Part shown: positions 63,121 to 64,000 of the stretch, piece by piece
Numbering within the stretch: the stretch's first letter is position 1
Layout of the letters: each line of letters starts with the position of its first letter
Virus record (IMG/VR): IMGVR_UViG_3300050014_000823
Coordinates: 235,145-299,144 of that record
Reading direction: 5' to 3' (one strand)
Length of the DNA stretch: 64,000 bases
Notes under the pieces: generated by a model
Seen by the model: the letters and a program-made list of their open reading frames with translations, nothing else
What the model was told of the DNA's origin: nothing
Databases searched by the model: none
Program-made: the position numbers and the translations under genes

Positions 63121-64000
63121 ATGGCAGTAACAAACTCAAATAACTTAGTAACATCACACGGCAATGTTTTATTGATTGACCCTAACATGGTTAACGTCAA
63201 TCCGAACATGATAAATAGCATACCGCAATACCAAGATATGTACATCTTTGCGGAGTTGACGGCTAAAAGGAAAATGAGAACTGTGTTGGAAACATCTGCA
63301 AAAGGAACAACAACAATTCAAGATAATGGCATGGCAGGCAATGATTTTATTGTAAACTTCATAGGCAATAATCAAGACTCAACTGATGCCAACCCAAACT
63401 ATTTAAAATTTACCACAAACTGGTATGATGGCAGTACTGGAAATAAAACACAGTTTGAGGGTTTTGGTATTAGCAGTATTAAGGTAGTAATCAACTCATC
63501 ATATATTCCGCAGGTAAACATTGAATTTATTGACTTAAGAGGCTTGGCATTCTTCAACCAAACCAATTCACCATATAGAATATTGTTCGATTTTCCACCG
63601 CCAATCTTTGAATTAAAACTCAAAGGATATTATGGTATGCCTTTATTATATAAGTTGCACCTTGTTAAATATACCTCAGAATTCAAGTCAGAAACAGGCA
63701 ACTACGTTATAAGTGCTCAGTTTGTTGCATTGACATATGCGCCATTAACTGACGTATTGTTTAGATACGTGATAAACTTTCCGCTAATCAGCAGTGGCTC
63801 AGTTTCAATAACTCCAAGTGCAGAGGTTAAACCAAAAAATACGTATGAACTTATACTTAAGTTGAAAAATCTTTATACACAATTCAATGAAAAGAAAAAT
63901 ACTGATGTAGATACACAGGTTTACAACAACATTCTGTCACAATTAAATGCGATTGACGCAGCTTTGGGAATATTAAACGGATATGCAGTAAATCCGGGAT
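63121..64000 (+). CDS. Large baseplate/tail protein, N-terminal part (runs off the window)
   Basis: Not in the ORF track; MAVTNSNN...FGISSIKVVINSSYIPQVNIEFIDLRG...FDFPPPIFELKLKGYYG; GTATTTAT at 63098-63105. Confidence 0.75.
   Translation, partial: MAVTNSNNLVTSHGNVLLIDPNMVNVNPNMINSIPQYQDMYIFAELTAKRKMRTVLETSAKGTTTIQDNGMAGNDFIVNFIGNNQDSTDANPNYLKFTTNWYDGSTGNKTQFEGFGISSIKVVINSSYIPQVNIEFIDLRGLAFFNQTNSPYRILFDFPPPIFELKLKGYYGMPLLYKLHLVKYTSEFKSETGNYVISAQFVALTYAPLTDVLFRYVINFPLISSGSVSITPSAEVKPKNTYELILKLKNLYTQFNEKKNTDVDTQVYNNILSQLNAIDAALGILNGYAVNPG

Noticed and set aside
1-64000. Stop-codon reassignment as in some huge phages
   Set aside because: Core genes are full length in the standard code; TAA, TGA and TAG all end genes. 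The one in-frame TGA (20228) is isolated.
1-64000. CRISPR array, tRNA or rRNA genes
   Set aside because: No repeat-spacer array or cloverleaf was recognised by eye, and intergenic gaps are short. A tRNAscan/CRISPR finder run would be needed to exclude them formally.

Overview
A 64 kb, AT-rich piece of a large T4-like myovirus genome read in the standard genetic code, most likely infecting Bacteroidota (TAnnTTTG host promoters, a Bacteroidota-style lipoprotein, a Gln after a signal peptide). It holds the virion morphogenesis core: intein-containing prohead protease, scaffold, gp23-like capsid, neck, tail terminator, sheath, tube, tape measure, chaperones with a -1 frameshift site, baseplate, and a gp55-like late sigma factor. 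It also carries nucleotide-pool genes (dut, thyA, split mazG), a UvrD-like helicase, PhoH and several homing endonucleases. An 11 kb sugar operon encodes an HldD/HldE-type nucleotide-heptose pathway, WecB, about six glycosyltransferases and two methyltransferases. Most notable: (i) the heptose/glycan operon, with no GmhA but a cupin fused to an HNH nuclease; (ii) a transposase-less IS607-type TnpB element inserted at a GG core in mazG and carrying its own phage late-promoter motif; (iii) a (G/C)TATTTAT motif, the reverse complement of the T4 late promoter, in gene orientation upstream of 22 genes; (iv) a phased T-tract/palindrome spacer between divergent late operons. All protein family calls are by-eye motif recognition; no database searches were run.
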